DNA from: Gemmatimonadota bacterium
GTDB taxonomy: Bacteria; Gemmatimonadota; Gemmatimonadetes; Palauibacterales; KS3-K002
Length of the DNA: 64,000 nt
Direction: 5' to 3'
NCBI GenBank assembly: GCA_039589995.1
Contig: JBDHGH010000005.1
Location: forward strand, 2,813 to 66,812
The position numbers were made by a program, and so were the translations under genes. Position 1 is the stretch's first letter. The number at the start of each line of letters is the position of its first letter. The notes under the pieces are model-generated. The model was not told where the DNA came from. It did not search any database and saw only the letters and a list, made by a program, of their open reading frames with translations. Shown here piece after piece: positions 9,295-18,813 of this stretch.

Positions 9295-10416
9295 CTAGCC
9301 CAGAAGGCTGAGGAAGACTCCAGCTGCGACGGCGGAACCGATGACGCCGGCGACGTTGGGACCCATAGCCGGCATCAGAGGATTGACCCGTCCACCGGTT
9401 TCGTCTGACACGAACTGCTGAACGACGCGCGCCGACATGGGAACGGCGGAGACTCCCGCAGCTCCGATGCACGGGTTGATCTTGTTACGCATGAACAAAT
9501 TCATCAGCTTCGCAAACAGGATCCCACCCGCCGTACTGAACGAGAAAGCGACCGCGCCGAGGACCAGGATCAGGATCGTGCGATAGGTAAGAAAGTGTCC
9601 TGCGTCCATTGTGGCACCGACGGCGATGCCAAGTAGCAACGTGACTATGTCGATGAGCGCGCCTCCGGCCGTCTTGCGAAGCCGATCGGTGACTCCCGAT
9701 TCGCGCAACAGGTTACCGAGCATCAGCATACCGATGAGCGGGGCGCTGGACGGAACTGCCAGCGATGCGATGACGCCCGTCACGATCGGGAAAAGCACCG
9801 CGGCCTTCTTCGACACGGGTATCGCTTGCGGCATGTCTATCGCCCGCTCCTTCTTGGTCGTGAGCAGGCGCATGATGGGTGGCTGAATGATCGGTACCAG
9901 AGACATGTAGCTGTACGCAGCTACGGCGATCGGCCCGAGTAAGTGTGGCGCGAGTTGGCTGGCCAAGAAAATTGACGTCGGGCCATCGGCGCCACCGATG
10001 ATCCCGATCGATGCCGCTTCCTCTGGGGTGAAGCCCATGAAATAGCCAGCCGAAAGCGCAGCGACGAAGATTCCGATCTGTGCGGCCGCACCGAGCAAGA
10101 ATGTGAGCGGCCGGCCCAGCAGAGGCCGAAAATCCGTCAGAGCTCCGACACCAAGAAATATGAGCGGCGGAAGAAGCTCCGTGCGGATTCCGGCGTTGTA
10201 GATGAGAGCAATTATGCCGTCGCCATAGGAACCCATATTGGCCATTGGCAGATTGGCCAGGATAGCTCCGAACCCGATTGGGATCAGGAGCAAGGGCTCG
10301 TAGTTCCTGGCGACGGCCAGGTAGATGAGCGTTCCGGCGATGGCGAACATCGCGAGATTGCCGATGCTCAGATTGGCGAGGCCGGATTGTCGGATCAGCT
10401 CGAGCGCTGTCTCCAT
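9295..10416 (-). CDS. oadB: Na+-transporting oxaloacetate (or other carboxylic acid) decarboxylase beta subunit
   Basis: Polytopic membrane protein with the OadB/GcdB family signature. 1-nt ATGA overlap with oadA. Confidence 0.85.
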   Translation of the reverse strand: METALELIRQSGLANLSIGNLAMFAIAGTLIYLAVARNYEPLLLIPIGFGAILANLPMANMGSYGDGIIALIYNAGIRTELLPPLIFLGVGALTDFRPLLGRPLTFLLGAAAQIGIFVAALSAGYFMGFTPEEAASIGIIGGADGPTSIFLASQLAPHLLGPIAVAAYSYMSLVPIIQPPIMRLLTTKKERAIDMPQAIPVSKKAAVLFPIVTGVIASLAVPSSAPLIGMLMLGNLLRESGVTDRLRKTAGGALIDIVTLLLGIAVGATMDAGHFLTYRTILILVLGAVAFSFSTAGGILFAKLMNLFMRNKINPCIGAAGVSAVPMSARVVQQFVSDETGGRVNPLMPAMGPNVAGVIGSAVAAGVFLSLLG

Positions 10417-12248
10417 CAGCCGATCGTCATGATAGGCTTCGACGAGTCGATCTCATCGCCAATCGCCACGTGTATGGCTGTCACCCTCCCGGCCACAGTT
10501 GTCTTGATATCATGCTTCGCCTTCATCGCTTCAACGGCGGCGACCACGCTCCCTACGCTGACCTGATCGCCTTCCTTCACCAGGATGTCGACGACCTCCA
10601 CTGAACCCGCGAACGTAGAATGCACGGCTATTCCACCGGTGCGAGCGGCGGGAGAGCCTGATCGGCTCTGAGTCTCGGTCGCGGGCTCGAGCGTGACGAC
10701 GAACGTCCGCGATGAGCCGTTCTCTTCGACCGTGCAGCGCGTTGTGGTGGGACCTGTGATCGCCGGTGCCGCCCCGGCGGTAGGTGCCGCTGCCACAGGC
10801 GCAGCCGCAGCCTCCTTCTCTTTCTTGAGCGGTATGTCGATCTTCGATCTTCCGGTCAGGAGACGAATGCCTTCGTTCAACTCCATCTTCTTGCCGGGAA
10901 CCATGGCGGCCAGCACGAGGAAAGTGTTCTCGTCGGTCGTGGCGAGTCCCCGCTCCTCGAGCGCTTCCTTCGCCGCGCTGATATTGTTGGGTGCGGCTTC
11001 GAGGGGGTCACCCTCGAATACCGGCATGTCCAGTTGCTCGGACGCGACCTTCACGACGTCCGGGTCGGACGGCAGCGGAGTCTTACCGAAGTAGCCGAGC
11101 ACCGATCGACCGTAGCCCGCGTCGATCTTCTTCCAGCGCCCGTACATCACGTTATTGAAGGCCTGCAGCCAGTACTGTTGGCTGCCTGGGGTCACGCTGG
11201 TCCACGCGCCGCCGGCCTCCACTACGATTGGGAATTCCGCCAGCACTTCGCTGTACTTCTCCAGGATTCCCGCCTTCACCATCATGTGAACGTTGGGCCC
11301 GATGGCGCCGCCCGGCATCGGAAAACCGAGTACCCGGGCGTCCGCAGTCGTGGTGGTGGGATTGAAGTCGTACTCCTGCAGTCCCTCGTTTAGCAAGTTC
11401 TCGATCTCGGGGAGCTTGGCTACGTCCATATCGAGCGAGTAGCCGGTCCCCTTGAGGCCGTGGGCCAGCGAACGCGCATCCGGCTGAACGGTTCCGCTGG
11501 CCAGCGGTCGGATCGATACATCGACTCCGTCTGCGCCTCCATCGATCGCTGCCATGTAGCAGGCGACCGCCGTGCTCGCCGTGTCGTGCGTGTGCATCCA
11601 CAGCGGCATCTCCGGCGGCATGATCTTTTTTAGCCCGCGCGCTGCGTCGTAAATCGTCTTCGGGTCCGTCGTGCCGCTGGCATCCTTGAGGCAGATGCTG
11701 TCGATGTGCACGCCGCTGTCCAGGAGCTTCTTCCCGATATTGATGTAGAAGTTCGGTGTGTGAACCGTATCCGACTCGAATGGCAATCCCATCAACGCGA
11801 TGCACACCTGATGATGCATGCCCGAGTCGACGATGGGCTGGCCCGTTTTCTCGAGGTTGTCGGTATCGTTCATGAAGTCAAAGTTTCGATCCCATGTCGT
11901 GCCGGACTCATGCATCAGCTGGGCCCGCAGTTGCAGGGCCTCGATGGTCTGGGTCGTGAGCGTTACACCGGAGACCGACCGAGTCAGGATCTGCAGGTCG
12001 GCATCGGGCCCGACCGCGGCCCGGATCTTCCGCATGTCCTCGAAGGGATTTTCGCCCAAGTAGAAATAGGGAGCTTGGTAACGAGCGCCGCCTCCGAACT
12101 CGAAGTGTTTGACTCCGGCTGCCGCAGAAGCTTCCATGGCCGGGAGAAAGTCGTTAAGACGGACCTTGCCCCCGAACGAGCTCTGCAGCCCGTCACGAAA
12201 CGGTGTAAACATCACCCGAATCTTCTTGGGATTCGTTGCGAAAATCAT
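10416..12248 (-). CDS. oadA: Oxaloacetate decarboxylase alpha subunit (carboxyltransferase plus C-terminal biotinyl domain)
   Basis: Pyruvate-carboxyltransferase TIM-barrel N-terminus. Pro/Ala linker. Biotinyl-lysine motif EAMKA near the C-terminus. Confidence 0.85.
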   Translation of the reverse strand: MIFATNPKKIRVMFTPFRDGLQSSFGGKVRLNDFLPAMEASAAAGVKHFEFGGGARYQAPYFYLGENPFEDMRKIRAAVGPDADLQILTRSVSGVTLTTQTIEALQLRAQLMHESGTTWDRNFDFMNDTDNLEKTGQPIVDSGMHHQVCIALMGLPFESDTVHTPNFYINIGKKLLDSGVHIDSICLKDASGTTDPKTIYDAARGLKKIMPPEMPLWMHTHDTASTAVACYMAAIDGGADGVDVSIRPLASGTVQPDARSLAHGLKGTGYSLDMDVAKLPEIENLLNEGLQEYDFNPTTTTADARVLGFPMPGGAIGPNVHMMVKAGILEKYSEVLAEFPIVVEAGGAWTSVTPGSQQYWLQAFNNVMYGRWKKIDAGYGRSVLGYFGKTPLPSDPDVVKVASEQLDMPVFEGDPLEAAPNNISAAKEALEERGLATTDENTFLVLAAMVPGKKMELNEGIRLLTGRSKIDIPLKKEKEAAAAPVAAAPTAGAAPAITGPTTTRCTVEENGSSRTFVVTLEPATETQSRSGSPAARTGGIAVHSTFAGSVEVVDILVKEGDQVSVGSVVAAVEAMKAKHDIKTTVAGRVTAIHVAIGDEIDSSKPIMTIG

Positions 12249-12472
12249 TTCTCCTCCTCAACTCTGGTTACCTTCAACCCTGGGTACATGTTTGTGATAG
12301 TTGCTGAGATCGCAGCCAGCAGCGCGGCATCGCTCTCCGTCAGTTTCTCGAGCGCCTCAGGAAACGTGGCGACGAGAAGGCGCATCACGACGGCCAGAAT
12401 AGTGAGCAGTACAAATACCGCTAGCAGTGATGACAGGCAGATATAAAGAAGCTGATTCGAATCCATACTCAC
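12245..12472 (-). CDS. oadG: Oxaloacetate decarboxylase gamma subunit (small membrane anchor)
   Basis: 75-aa protein with one N-terminal TM helix. 4-nt overlaps with both the biotin ligase gene upstream and oadA downstream. Confidence 0.6.
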   Translation of the reverse strand: MSMDSNQLLYICLSSLLAVFVLLTILAVVMRLLVATFPEALEKLTESDAALLAAISATITNMYPGLKVTRVEEEK

Positions 12473-13443
12473 CCTTTCCTCGATGATTGCTCCGCGTCGG
12501 TCTCAAGAATCAACCGCCCCTTCGTGAAGGGCCGATCATGTCCCTCGATCATCAACTCCAGGCCATAGCCGATCCCGCTGACTCGACCCCGAGCGATTAT
12601 CTCACCCTCCGACCCCGGTTCCTCCTCGTAAAGCGTGACCGGGTGCCCGATGACCAGAGAGCGATTCCGGTACCGCTCCAGCAGCGCACCGTAACCTCCG
12701 GCGATCATTTGGCTGTAGTTGGTGTCCAGTGCGGCTGTGAGAGCAGAGAAGTAGTCCTTCTGGGTGCAATCCGCGGGGTTAGAAGCCCCACCCTTCAGTG
12801 CGGCGGCTCGAGGCACGAACGGTGTAGGCTCGATGTCAGGCTCGGTCTCGACGTTGACGCCGATCCCGAGGACTGCTCCGCCTATCATCCCACCCGCACT
12901 TTGTGTGTATGCCAGCACGCCGCCTACTTTGGCATCGTCGATCAGGATATCGTTCACCCACTTGATGCCGGCTGAGTTTTCGAGTCCGGGTATCGCGTCG
13001 ATTGCATCCACGACGGACACCGCGGCCAGCACTGTGAAACTACTAGCCGGAAGCTCGACCGGCTGAGTTGGCCTCAGATAGGCCGCGAGGTACGTGTTAC
13101 CCTTCGGCGCAGACCACGAGCGGCCCTTGAATCCGTGGAACCGCTCTCCCGCGCCAGCGAGGCATAGGACCCGGTCCGGTACGCGCACTCCGGCCCGACT
13201 GAGCTCGATCAGAAGGTCATAATGAGATCGTTCGGCCACCTCCACCAGAAACAAGTACTTCCAGTTCGACCCGCTGTGTACCTTGGACTCGCGGATCTCC
13301 CTTGCGCCGTAAGCGCTTTCTATCAGGCTTCGGAGGTTATCAGAAAGCTCCGATGCCGGCGCCGACCAACTGTCGGCGGTTCGCCCGAGTACAGTCCGGG
13401 CGTAATCGACACTGTCGGTGTAGACTAGCATTGCCTCTGGCAC
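12469..13443 (-). CDS. Biotin--protein ligase (BPL/LPL catalytic domain, group I, no HTH)
   Basis: GFKGRSWSAPKGNTYL and KWVNDIL motifs resemble the BirA GRGRxGRxW / KWPNDL motifs. Co-operonic with the biotin enzyme. Confidence 0.6.
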   Translation of the reverse strand: MPEAMLVYTDSVDYARTVLGRTADSWSAPASELSDNLRSLIESAYGAREIRESKVHSGSNWKYLFLVEVAERSHYDLLIELSRAGVRVPDRVLCLAGAGERFHGFKGRSWSAPKGNTYLAAYLRPTQPVELPASSFTVLAAVSVVDAIDAIPGLENSAGIKWVNDILIDDAKVGGVLAYTQSAGGMIGGAVLGIGVNVETEPDIEPTPFVPRAAALKGGASNPADCTQKDYFSALTAALDTNYSQMIAGGYGALLERYRNRSLVIGHPVTLYEEEPGSEGEIIARGRVSGIGYGLELMIEGHDRPFTKGRLILETDAEQSSRKG

Positions 13444-13570
13444 GAGCTAAATACGGGTGGGGCTTGGCAAGACCTCTAAGGGTGAGGTTGGGGCCGTCAT
13501 TTGTCAACATGGACGGACGTTATGTTGGGTATGACAGTGCGGTGGCTCACAGAAGAATGGTAGGTCACCA

Positions 13571-15013
13571 GTGATCGATGCGGTCATAGTCGTAGCCTAC
13601 CTGGGCGCGATGCTCCTGGTCGGCTGGCGTGCTCGTCGTCAGACCGCGGAGTCTTACTGGGTGGCCGACCGCCGGTACGGGGCTGGAACCGTGGCCGTAT
13701 CGTTGGCGGCCACGATTTTCGGCGCGTCGTCGACGATTGGCGTCATTGGCTTGGGATACTCCCGTGGCCTGACCGCTGCCTGGTGGACCTTCATCGGAGC
13801 GGCCGCGCTCGTGCCGTTCGGTCTGTTTCTCGCTGCCCGGGTCCGGCGGCTCGAGGTGTATACGCTCCCGGATATTCTCAAGTCGGCCTACGGAAACCGC
13901 GTGGCGGTGCCTGCCGCTGTGATGATCGCCATAGCCTGGTGTGGAATCGTCGCGGCTCAGATGACCGCTGGGGCGCTGCTGATGAGCGGGATACTCCAGC
14001 TGGATTACGCGTGGGCCCTGGCAATCGTTGCGGTCGCGTTCGTTCTCTATACGTACTGGGGCGGTCAGCTGTCGGTGGTGCGAACGGACTCCTGGCAGTT
14101 CGTTCTGTTCCTCGGCGGGCTGCTCGTGTGCCTCGCCGTGTTGGTCGTCGCATCGCAGGGTCAAGGGTCATCGGTGAGCGAGGGCATTCCCGCGGGACAT
14201 TTTCGCTTTCCGACTTCCGAGGGCTTCGGGTGGTATGATCTGCTGGTCTTCTATCCCCTGATCGTCGGTCTTCCGTATCTGGCCGGGCCGGACATCTACT
14301 CGCGCGTCCTGTGTGCGAAGTCCACGGCAGCGGCCCGAAAGGCGGCGCTTGTGGCTGCGGCCCTCGTCGTCCCGATCTCGTTCCTACTGGCGGTCCTCGG
14401 AATGCTCATCCGCGCCAGGTTCCCAGATGTCGCGGCGGAAGCGGCCCTGCCCACCGCTGTGACCCAGTTAGTGCCGGCGGGGCTCGCGGGCCTGATCGTA
14501 GCGGGCTTTCTCGGAGCTATCATGTCTTCGGCGGACACCACCCTAGTGTCGGCCTCGACGATCCTGTCGCTCAACGTGTTCGGCGCGGGCAGCAAGCTAT
14601 CGCAAGAACAGAAGCTTCGATTGACGCGGCGGGCGCTCGTTGCCGTAGGCGCGGCGGCGTGGGCGATAGCCGGCTTCGAGCGCGGCATCATCTCGGCACT
14701 CCTGTTAGGCTACACGGTCTTCGTGGGCGGCGTCGTGCTGCCCACGCTTGCCAGCTTCAGCCGCGGCCGAGCCAGGATCTCACCGTCGATCGCCATGACG
14801 GCCGTCATCGTCGGTGGAACGACTGCGGTGCTGGGGGCGATTCGCGGCGGCGCCGTGTTGACGGCGCTGCTGGGGAAGGGTGACGTGCTAATGATCCAGA
14901 TGCTTGGACCTCGCTATCCTGCGATCCTGCCGGTGCTGCTCAGCATGGCGATTTTGGTGCTTGGAGCCGCACTGGGCTCGGGCAATTCAAACCGGAACCG
15001 GAGGATCCAGTAG
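13571..15013 (+). CDS. Sodium:solute symporter family (SSF) transporter
   Basis: About 13 TM segments. N-terminal SSF signature (GWRARR...YWVADRRYGAG). Confidence 0.8.
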   Translation: MIDAVIVVAYLGAMLLVGWRARRQTAESYWVADRRYGAGTVAVSLAATIFGASSTIGVIGLGYSRGLTAAWWTFIGAAALVPFGLFLAARVRRLEVYTLPDILKSAYGNRVAVPAAVMIAIAWCGIVAAQMTAGALLMSGILQLDYAWALAIVAVAFVLYTYWGGQLSVVRTDSWQFVLFLGGLLVCLAVLVVASQGQGSSVSEGIPAGHFRFPTSEGFGWYDLLVFYPLIVGLPYLAGPDIYSRVLCAKSTAAARKAALVAAALVVPISFLLAVLGMLIRARFPDVAAEAALPTAVTQLVPAGLAGLIVAGFLGAIMSSADTTLVSASTILSLNVFGAGSKLSQEQKLRLTRRALVAVGAAAWAIAGFERGIISALLLGYTVFVGGVVLPTLASFSRGRARISPSIAMTAVIVGGTTAVLGAIRGGAVLTALLGKGDVLMIQMLGPRYPAILPVLLSMAILVLGAALGSGNSNRNRRIQ

Positions 15014-15063
15014 TGCGATCCCCCAAGTCCGGCTCGAATGTACTGCCGTTGCGGTGGCCGTGT

Positions 15064-15261
15064 TCAAGATGCCGTTTGATGTATCCCGGTCCAGCGAAGG
15101 ATGTCCTCCATCAGGCACCACTGGGTGATCGATGACTGGATCAAGTTCACGCCCACGAAGGCGGTGAAGAGGTACCAGTAGGGGCTGACCCACCAGCCTA
15201 AGGCGAGGCTAACCAGGATGAATGTGCCGGCTATCGTTCGAATCAAGCGCTCCAGAGTCAT
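15064..15261 (-). CDS. DUF2892 (YgaP C-terminal-like) small inner-membrane protein
   Basis: 65 aa, two TM helices. Motif resembles the DUF2892 'ltgfCPlyrllGi' signature (SITQWCLMEDILRWTG). Confidence 0.5.
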   Translation of the reverse strand: MTLERLIRTIAGTFILVSLALGWWVSPYWYLFTAFVGVNLIQSSITQWCLMEDILRWTGIHQTAS

Positions 15262-15590
15262 TTTTTCTCCTGATGATGGTTAGGGTTTCCAGGGTCGCAG
15301 CAGGTGAACTGCTCTACATCGAGTAGCGCGGCTCGTATCGGGTGCCTGGGGTCCTGGACGCCCGTGCAGGCCGACACGGCGTGAACCAGGGCTTGCGCTT
15401 CCTCAACTGGCAGTATGCTCATGATTACTTGTGACTGGTAAGGTTGGACTTCGCCGGTCCAACCCGCTGTGGCGCCGGGCCCATGCCCCTCGACGCTCAC
15501 ACGACTGAACGATTGAACGCTCTGCTCGCTCAGTAGTCGGTTGACGCACTTTTCGTCTTCCTTCAGGAACATCAACAGCACGAGTTTCAT
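15258..15590 (-). CDS. P-II-like small protein (DUF3240-like) associated with heavy-metal RND operons
   Basis: 110 aa. MKLVLLMF beta-strand start and VEGHG motif. Position immediately 3' of the RND pump. Confidence 0.4.
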   Translation of the reverse strand: MKLVLLMFLKEDEKCVNRLLSEQSVQSFSRVSVEGHGPGATAGWTGEVQPYQSQVIMSILPVEEAQALVHAVSACTGVQDPRHPIRAALLDVEQFTCCDPGNPNHHQEKK

Positions 15591-15591
15591 T

Positions 15592-18500
15592 CTAGGTTTT
15601 CTCCGGCTCGGGTCCCTTGGTCGATACTGCTACCACTGCATCCGCGTCTTTCGGCGTACGGTGCACGAGGAAGTAGATGCTTGGTACTACGATCAGCGTG
15701 AGGATCGTCGAAGCGATTGCTCCGGTGATCAGCGACACGGCGAGGCCTTCGAAAATCGGATCGAAGAGAATCACGATGGCTCCGATCACGACGGTACCGG
15801 CCGTGAGGGCGATGGGGCGCGTGCGAACAGCGCCGGCTTCGATGACCGCCTTCTCGAGAGGAACGCCAGCCGCCCGCCGGGCCTCGAGGTAATCAATGAG
15901 CAGGATTCCATTTCGCACCATGATCCCCGCCAGGGCGATCATGCCGATCATCGATGTCGCGGTGAAGAATGCTCCGAACGCCCAGTGTCCGGGCGCGATG
16001 CCGATCAGGGTCAGCGGAATTGCGGTCATCATCACCAGCGGTGCGATCAGCGAGCCGAACCAGGCGACGATGAGCGCGTAGATCAGAAGCAACGCCCCTG
16101 CGAAGGCGATCCCCAGGTCGCGGAACACCTCGTAGGTGACCTGCCACTCGCCGTCCCACTTCATCACGGGTTCTTCGACCAAGTCCGGTTGGCGCGTATA
16201 CAGCTGGCCCAGGTACGCGCCTGACGGGAGCCGGATCTCGGCGATCTGCTTCTTGAGGTCGAGTATGGCATAAACCGGGCTCTCAGCGTCTCCGGCGACT
16301 TCGGCGGTGACATACACGACACGCTGCCCGTTCTTTCGGTCGACGACCTGAGGAGCCGTCGTGTACTCGGGCCTGACCAACTCGCCCAGAGGCACCAATT
16401 CCCCGGTCACCGATGCCACGTGCAGACCGCCCAACCGGTCGATGCCCGACCGGTCACCCTCGCTGGCCCGCAGACGCACGGGAATAGGCATTCGCGCCGT
16501 GGGCTGAGAGAGATGGGTCACCACTGCACCCCCGAGAGCCATCTGCAGGACGTGGGCGACGGAAGATTTCGCCACACCGCTGAGCGCCGCCTTCTCTTCG
16601 TCGATGACGAAGTGGACCTCGGTCTGGGGGTCTGTCAGTGACCAGTCGATGTCCACCACGCTGGGATGCGCCTCGAACAAGGCTCGTATCTGAAGAGCGA
16701 TTTCCGTCTGCGACACCGGGTCCGGCCCGTACACCTCGGCCACCAGCGTCGAGAGCACCGGTGGTCCGGGTGGCACTTCGACGACCTTGACGCTCGCACC
16801 TGTATCCGACTCATCTGCTACGCGCTGCACAAGCGGGCGAATACGTCGTGCGATGTCATGGCTTTGGTCGCTGCGTTCCGACTTGTCGACCAGGTTGACT
16901 TGAATGTCGGCCACGTGCGATCCGCGACGCAGGTAGTAGTGACGGATCATCCCGTTGAAGTTGTGGGGCGCCGCAGTACCTGAGTAGATCTGGATATCGG
17001 AGATCTCCTCTACACCGGCCAGCGATCGACCCATATCTTCGGCCAGCGCCGTCGTGACCTCGAGAGGTGTGCTCTCGGGCATATCGATGATGACCTGCAT
17101 CTCGTTCTTGTCGTCGAAGGGGAGCATCTTCACCGATACGCTGCGCGTAAAGAACATGGTGGTCGAGGCCAACAGCAGCACGACTACGGTGCCCAGCATC
17201 GTCCACATCCACCTGGGGTGACGAAGGAGGGGATCCATGATCTTGCGGTACACCCTGTAGATGCGCGTGTCCTCGAGGACATAGGCCGGCTCGTCTGCTC
17301 CGGCATGTGCGCCGCGCAACAGCCGGAAGGCCAACCACGGTGTCCCGATAAGTGCCACGGCCAATGAAAAGAGCATGGCAACGGTGGCGCCGATGGGCAT
17401 CGGACTCATGTAGGGGCCCATCAATCCCGAGACGAAGAGCATCGGCAGAACGGCTGCGATCACGGTAAGCGTTGCCAGGATCGTCGGATTGCCGACCTCG
17501 TCGACGGCCGCACGCGCGGCGGCGCGTAGCGGTCGGTCCCGCATGGCAAAGTGTCGCTCCATATTTTCGGCGACGATGATCGAGTCGTCGATCACGATCC
17601 CCGTCACGAAGATTAACGCGAACAACGTGACGCGGTTGAGGGTGTAGCCGAAGAATTGGTAGACGAACAGAGTGAGAGCGAAGGTGATCGGAACCGAGAT
17701 CATGACGATCACCGCGCTGCGCCAACCCATGGCGAGGGCGACGACGATACCGACGGCCAGTATAGCCAGCAACAGGTGCGCTTTCAGCGTGCTGACTTTC
17801 TCGCGGGCGGTCTCGCCGTAGTTCCGCGTGATTTCCATAGCGACGTCCTGCGGGACCACGCGGCCGTGGAGCACCTCGATCTTGCTCTCGAGTGCTTGGC
17901 CGAGTTTCGTCGCGTCGGCGCCCGGCCGCTTCGAAACCGCGATCGTCACCATGGGATCCAGTGCCTCGCCCGGCACGCCGGTGAACGTGTAGGTCGAGAC
18001 CTCTTCCGAGCCATCGATAACGTCTGCTACGTCCGAGATCTGGACCAGCGCACCATCGCGTACGTCGAGGACCACTGATTCGACATCTCGGGCTGACTGC
18101 AGGAAGGGGCCGGCCGTGACACGAACGACTTGATCATCTTTGGTGAAGTCGCCGGCTGAGACATTGACGTTGGCTCCTTGCAGCCGCTGCGCGATCACCA
18201 GTGGGTCGACGGAGTAAGCCGCCATGCGATCGGGCGAGAGTTCGACACGGATCTCTCTCGGGTAGCCGCCGATCACTGCGACGTCACGAACTTCGGGGAT
18301 GCCCTCCAGTTCGACGCGAAGCTCATCCGCGATGCTGCGGAGAGTCGCATGATCGTAGTCGGCGCTGGACAGACTGGCGGCGAAGAATGGCACGTCATCG
18401 ATGGTGACGGTTTTCACCAGCGGCATGTTGAAACCGGGCGGCATACGATCGGCGTACTTCATCATCGTGGCATAGAGACGGACGAGACTCTCTTCCATGT

Positions 18501-18813
18501 CGCGCCCGACCTCGTAGCGGACTGTGACCAGTCCAAAACCCATCTGCGCGTGGCTGTAGACGTACTCGACGCCCTCGATCCCTGAAAGCACATTCTCCAT
18601 TGGGATCAGCAGCCGGTTTTCCACCGCCTCGGGTGTCGCTCCGGGCATCGGCAAGTAGATATCCGCAAGCGGAACGATGATCTGAGGCTCCTCCTCGCTG
18701 GGCATCGTCACGACCGTGTAAATGCCCAGGGCTAGTGCTCCAGCTAACAGCAACGGAGTCAGCTTCGAGGTGAGAAACGCGTCGGCTAACCGGCCAGCGA
18801 ACTCGCTCCTCAT
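15592..18813 (-). CDS. RND efflux pump inner-membrane transporter, CzcA/CusA-like (heavy-metal efflux subfamily inferred)
   Basis: 1073 aa, 12-TM AcrB/CzcA architecture. 4-nt overlap with the membrane fusion protein gene. ArsR/SmtB regulator at the operon head. Confidence 0.85.
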   Translation of the reverse strand: MRSEFAGRLADAFLTSKLTPLLLAGALALGIYTVVTMPSEEEPQIIVPLADIYLPMPGATPEAVENRLLIPMENVLSGIEGVEYVYSHAQMGFGLVTVRYEVGRDMEESLVRLYATMMKYADRMPPGFNMPLVKTVTIDDVPFFAASLSSADYDHATLRSIADELRVELEGIPEVRDVAVIGGYPREIRVELSPDRMAAYSVDPLVIAQRLQGANVNVSAGDFTKDDQVVRVTAGPFLQSARDVESVVLDVRDGALVQISDVADVIDGSEEVSTYTFTGVPGEALDPMVTIAVSKRPGADATKLGQALESKIEVLHGRVVPQDVAMEITRNYGETAREKVSTLKAHLLLAILAVGIVVALAMGWRSAVIVMISVPITFALTLFVYQFFGYTLNRVTLFALIFVTGIVIDDSIIVAENMERHFAMRDRPLRAAARAAVDEVGNPTILATLTVIAAVLPMLFVSGLMGPYMSPMPIGATVAMLFSLAVALIGTPWLAFRLLRGAHAGADEPAYVLEDTRIYRVYRKIMDPLLRHPRWMWTMLGTVVVLLLASTTMFFTRSVSVKMLPFDDKNEMQVIIDMPESTPLEVTTALAEDMGRSLAGVEEISDIQIYSGTAAPHNFNGMIRHYYLRRGSHVADIQVNLVDKSERSDQSHDIARRIRPLVQRVADESDTGASVKVVEVPPGPPVLSTLVAEVYGPDPVSQTEIALQIRALFEAHPSVVDIDWSLTDPQTEVHFVIDEEKAALSGVAKSSVAHVLQMALGGAVVTHLSQPTARMPIPVRLRASEGDRSGIDRLGGLHVASVTGELVPLGELVRPEYTTAPQVVDRKNGQRVVYVTAEVAGDAESPVYAILDLKKQIAEIRLPSGAYLGQLYTRQPDLVEEPVMKWDGEWQVTYEVFRDLGIAFAGALLLIYALIVAWFGSLIAPLVMMTAIPLTLIGIAPGHWAFGAFFTATSMIGMIALAGIMVRNGILLIDYLEARRAAGVPLEKAVIEAGAVRTRPIALTAGTVVIGAIVILFDPIFEGLAVSLITGAIASTILTLIVVPSIYFLVHRTPKDADAVVAVSTKGPEPEKT

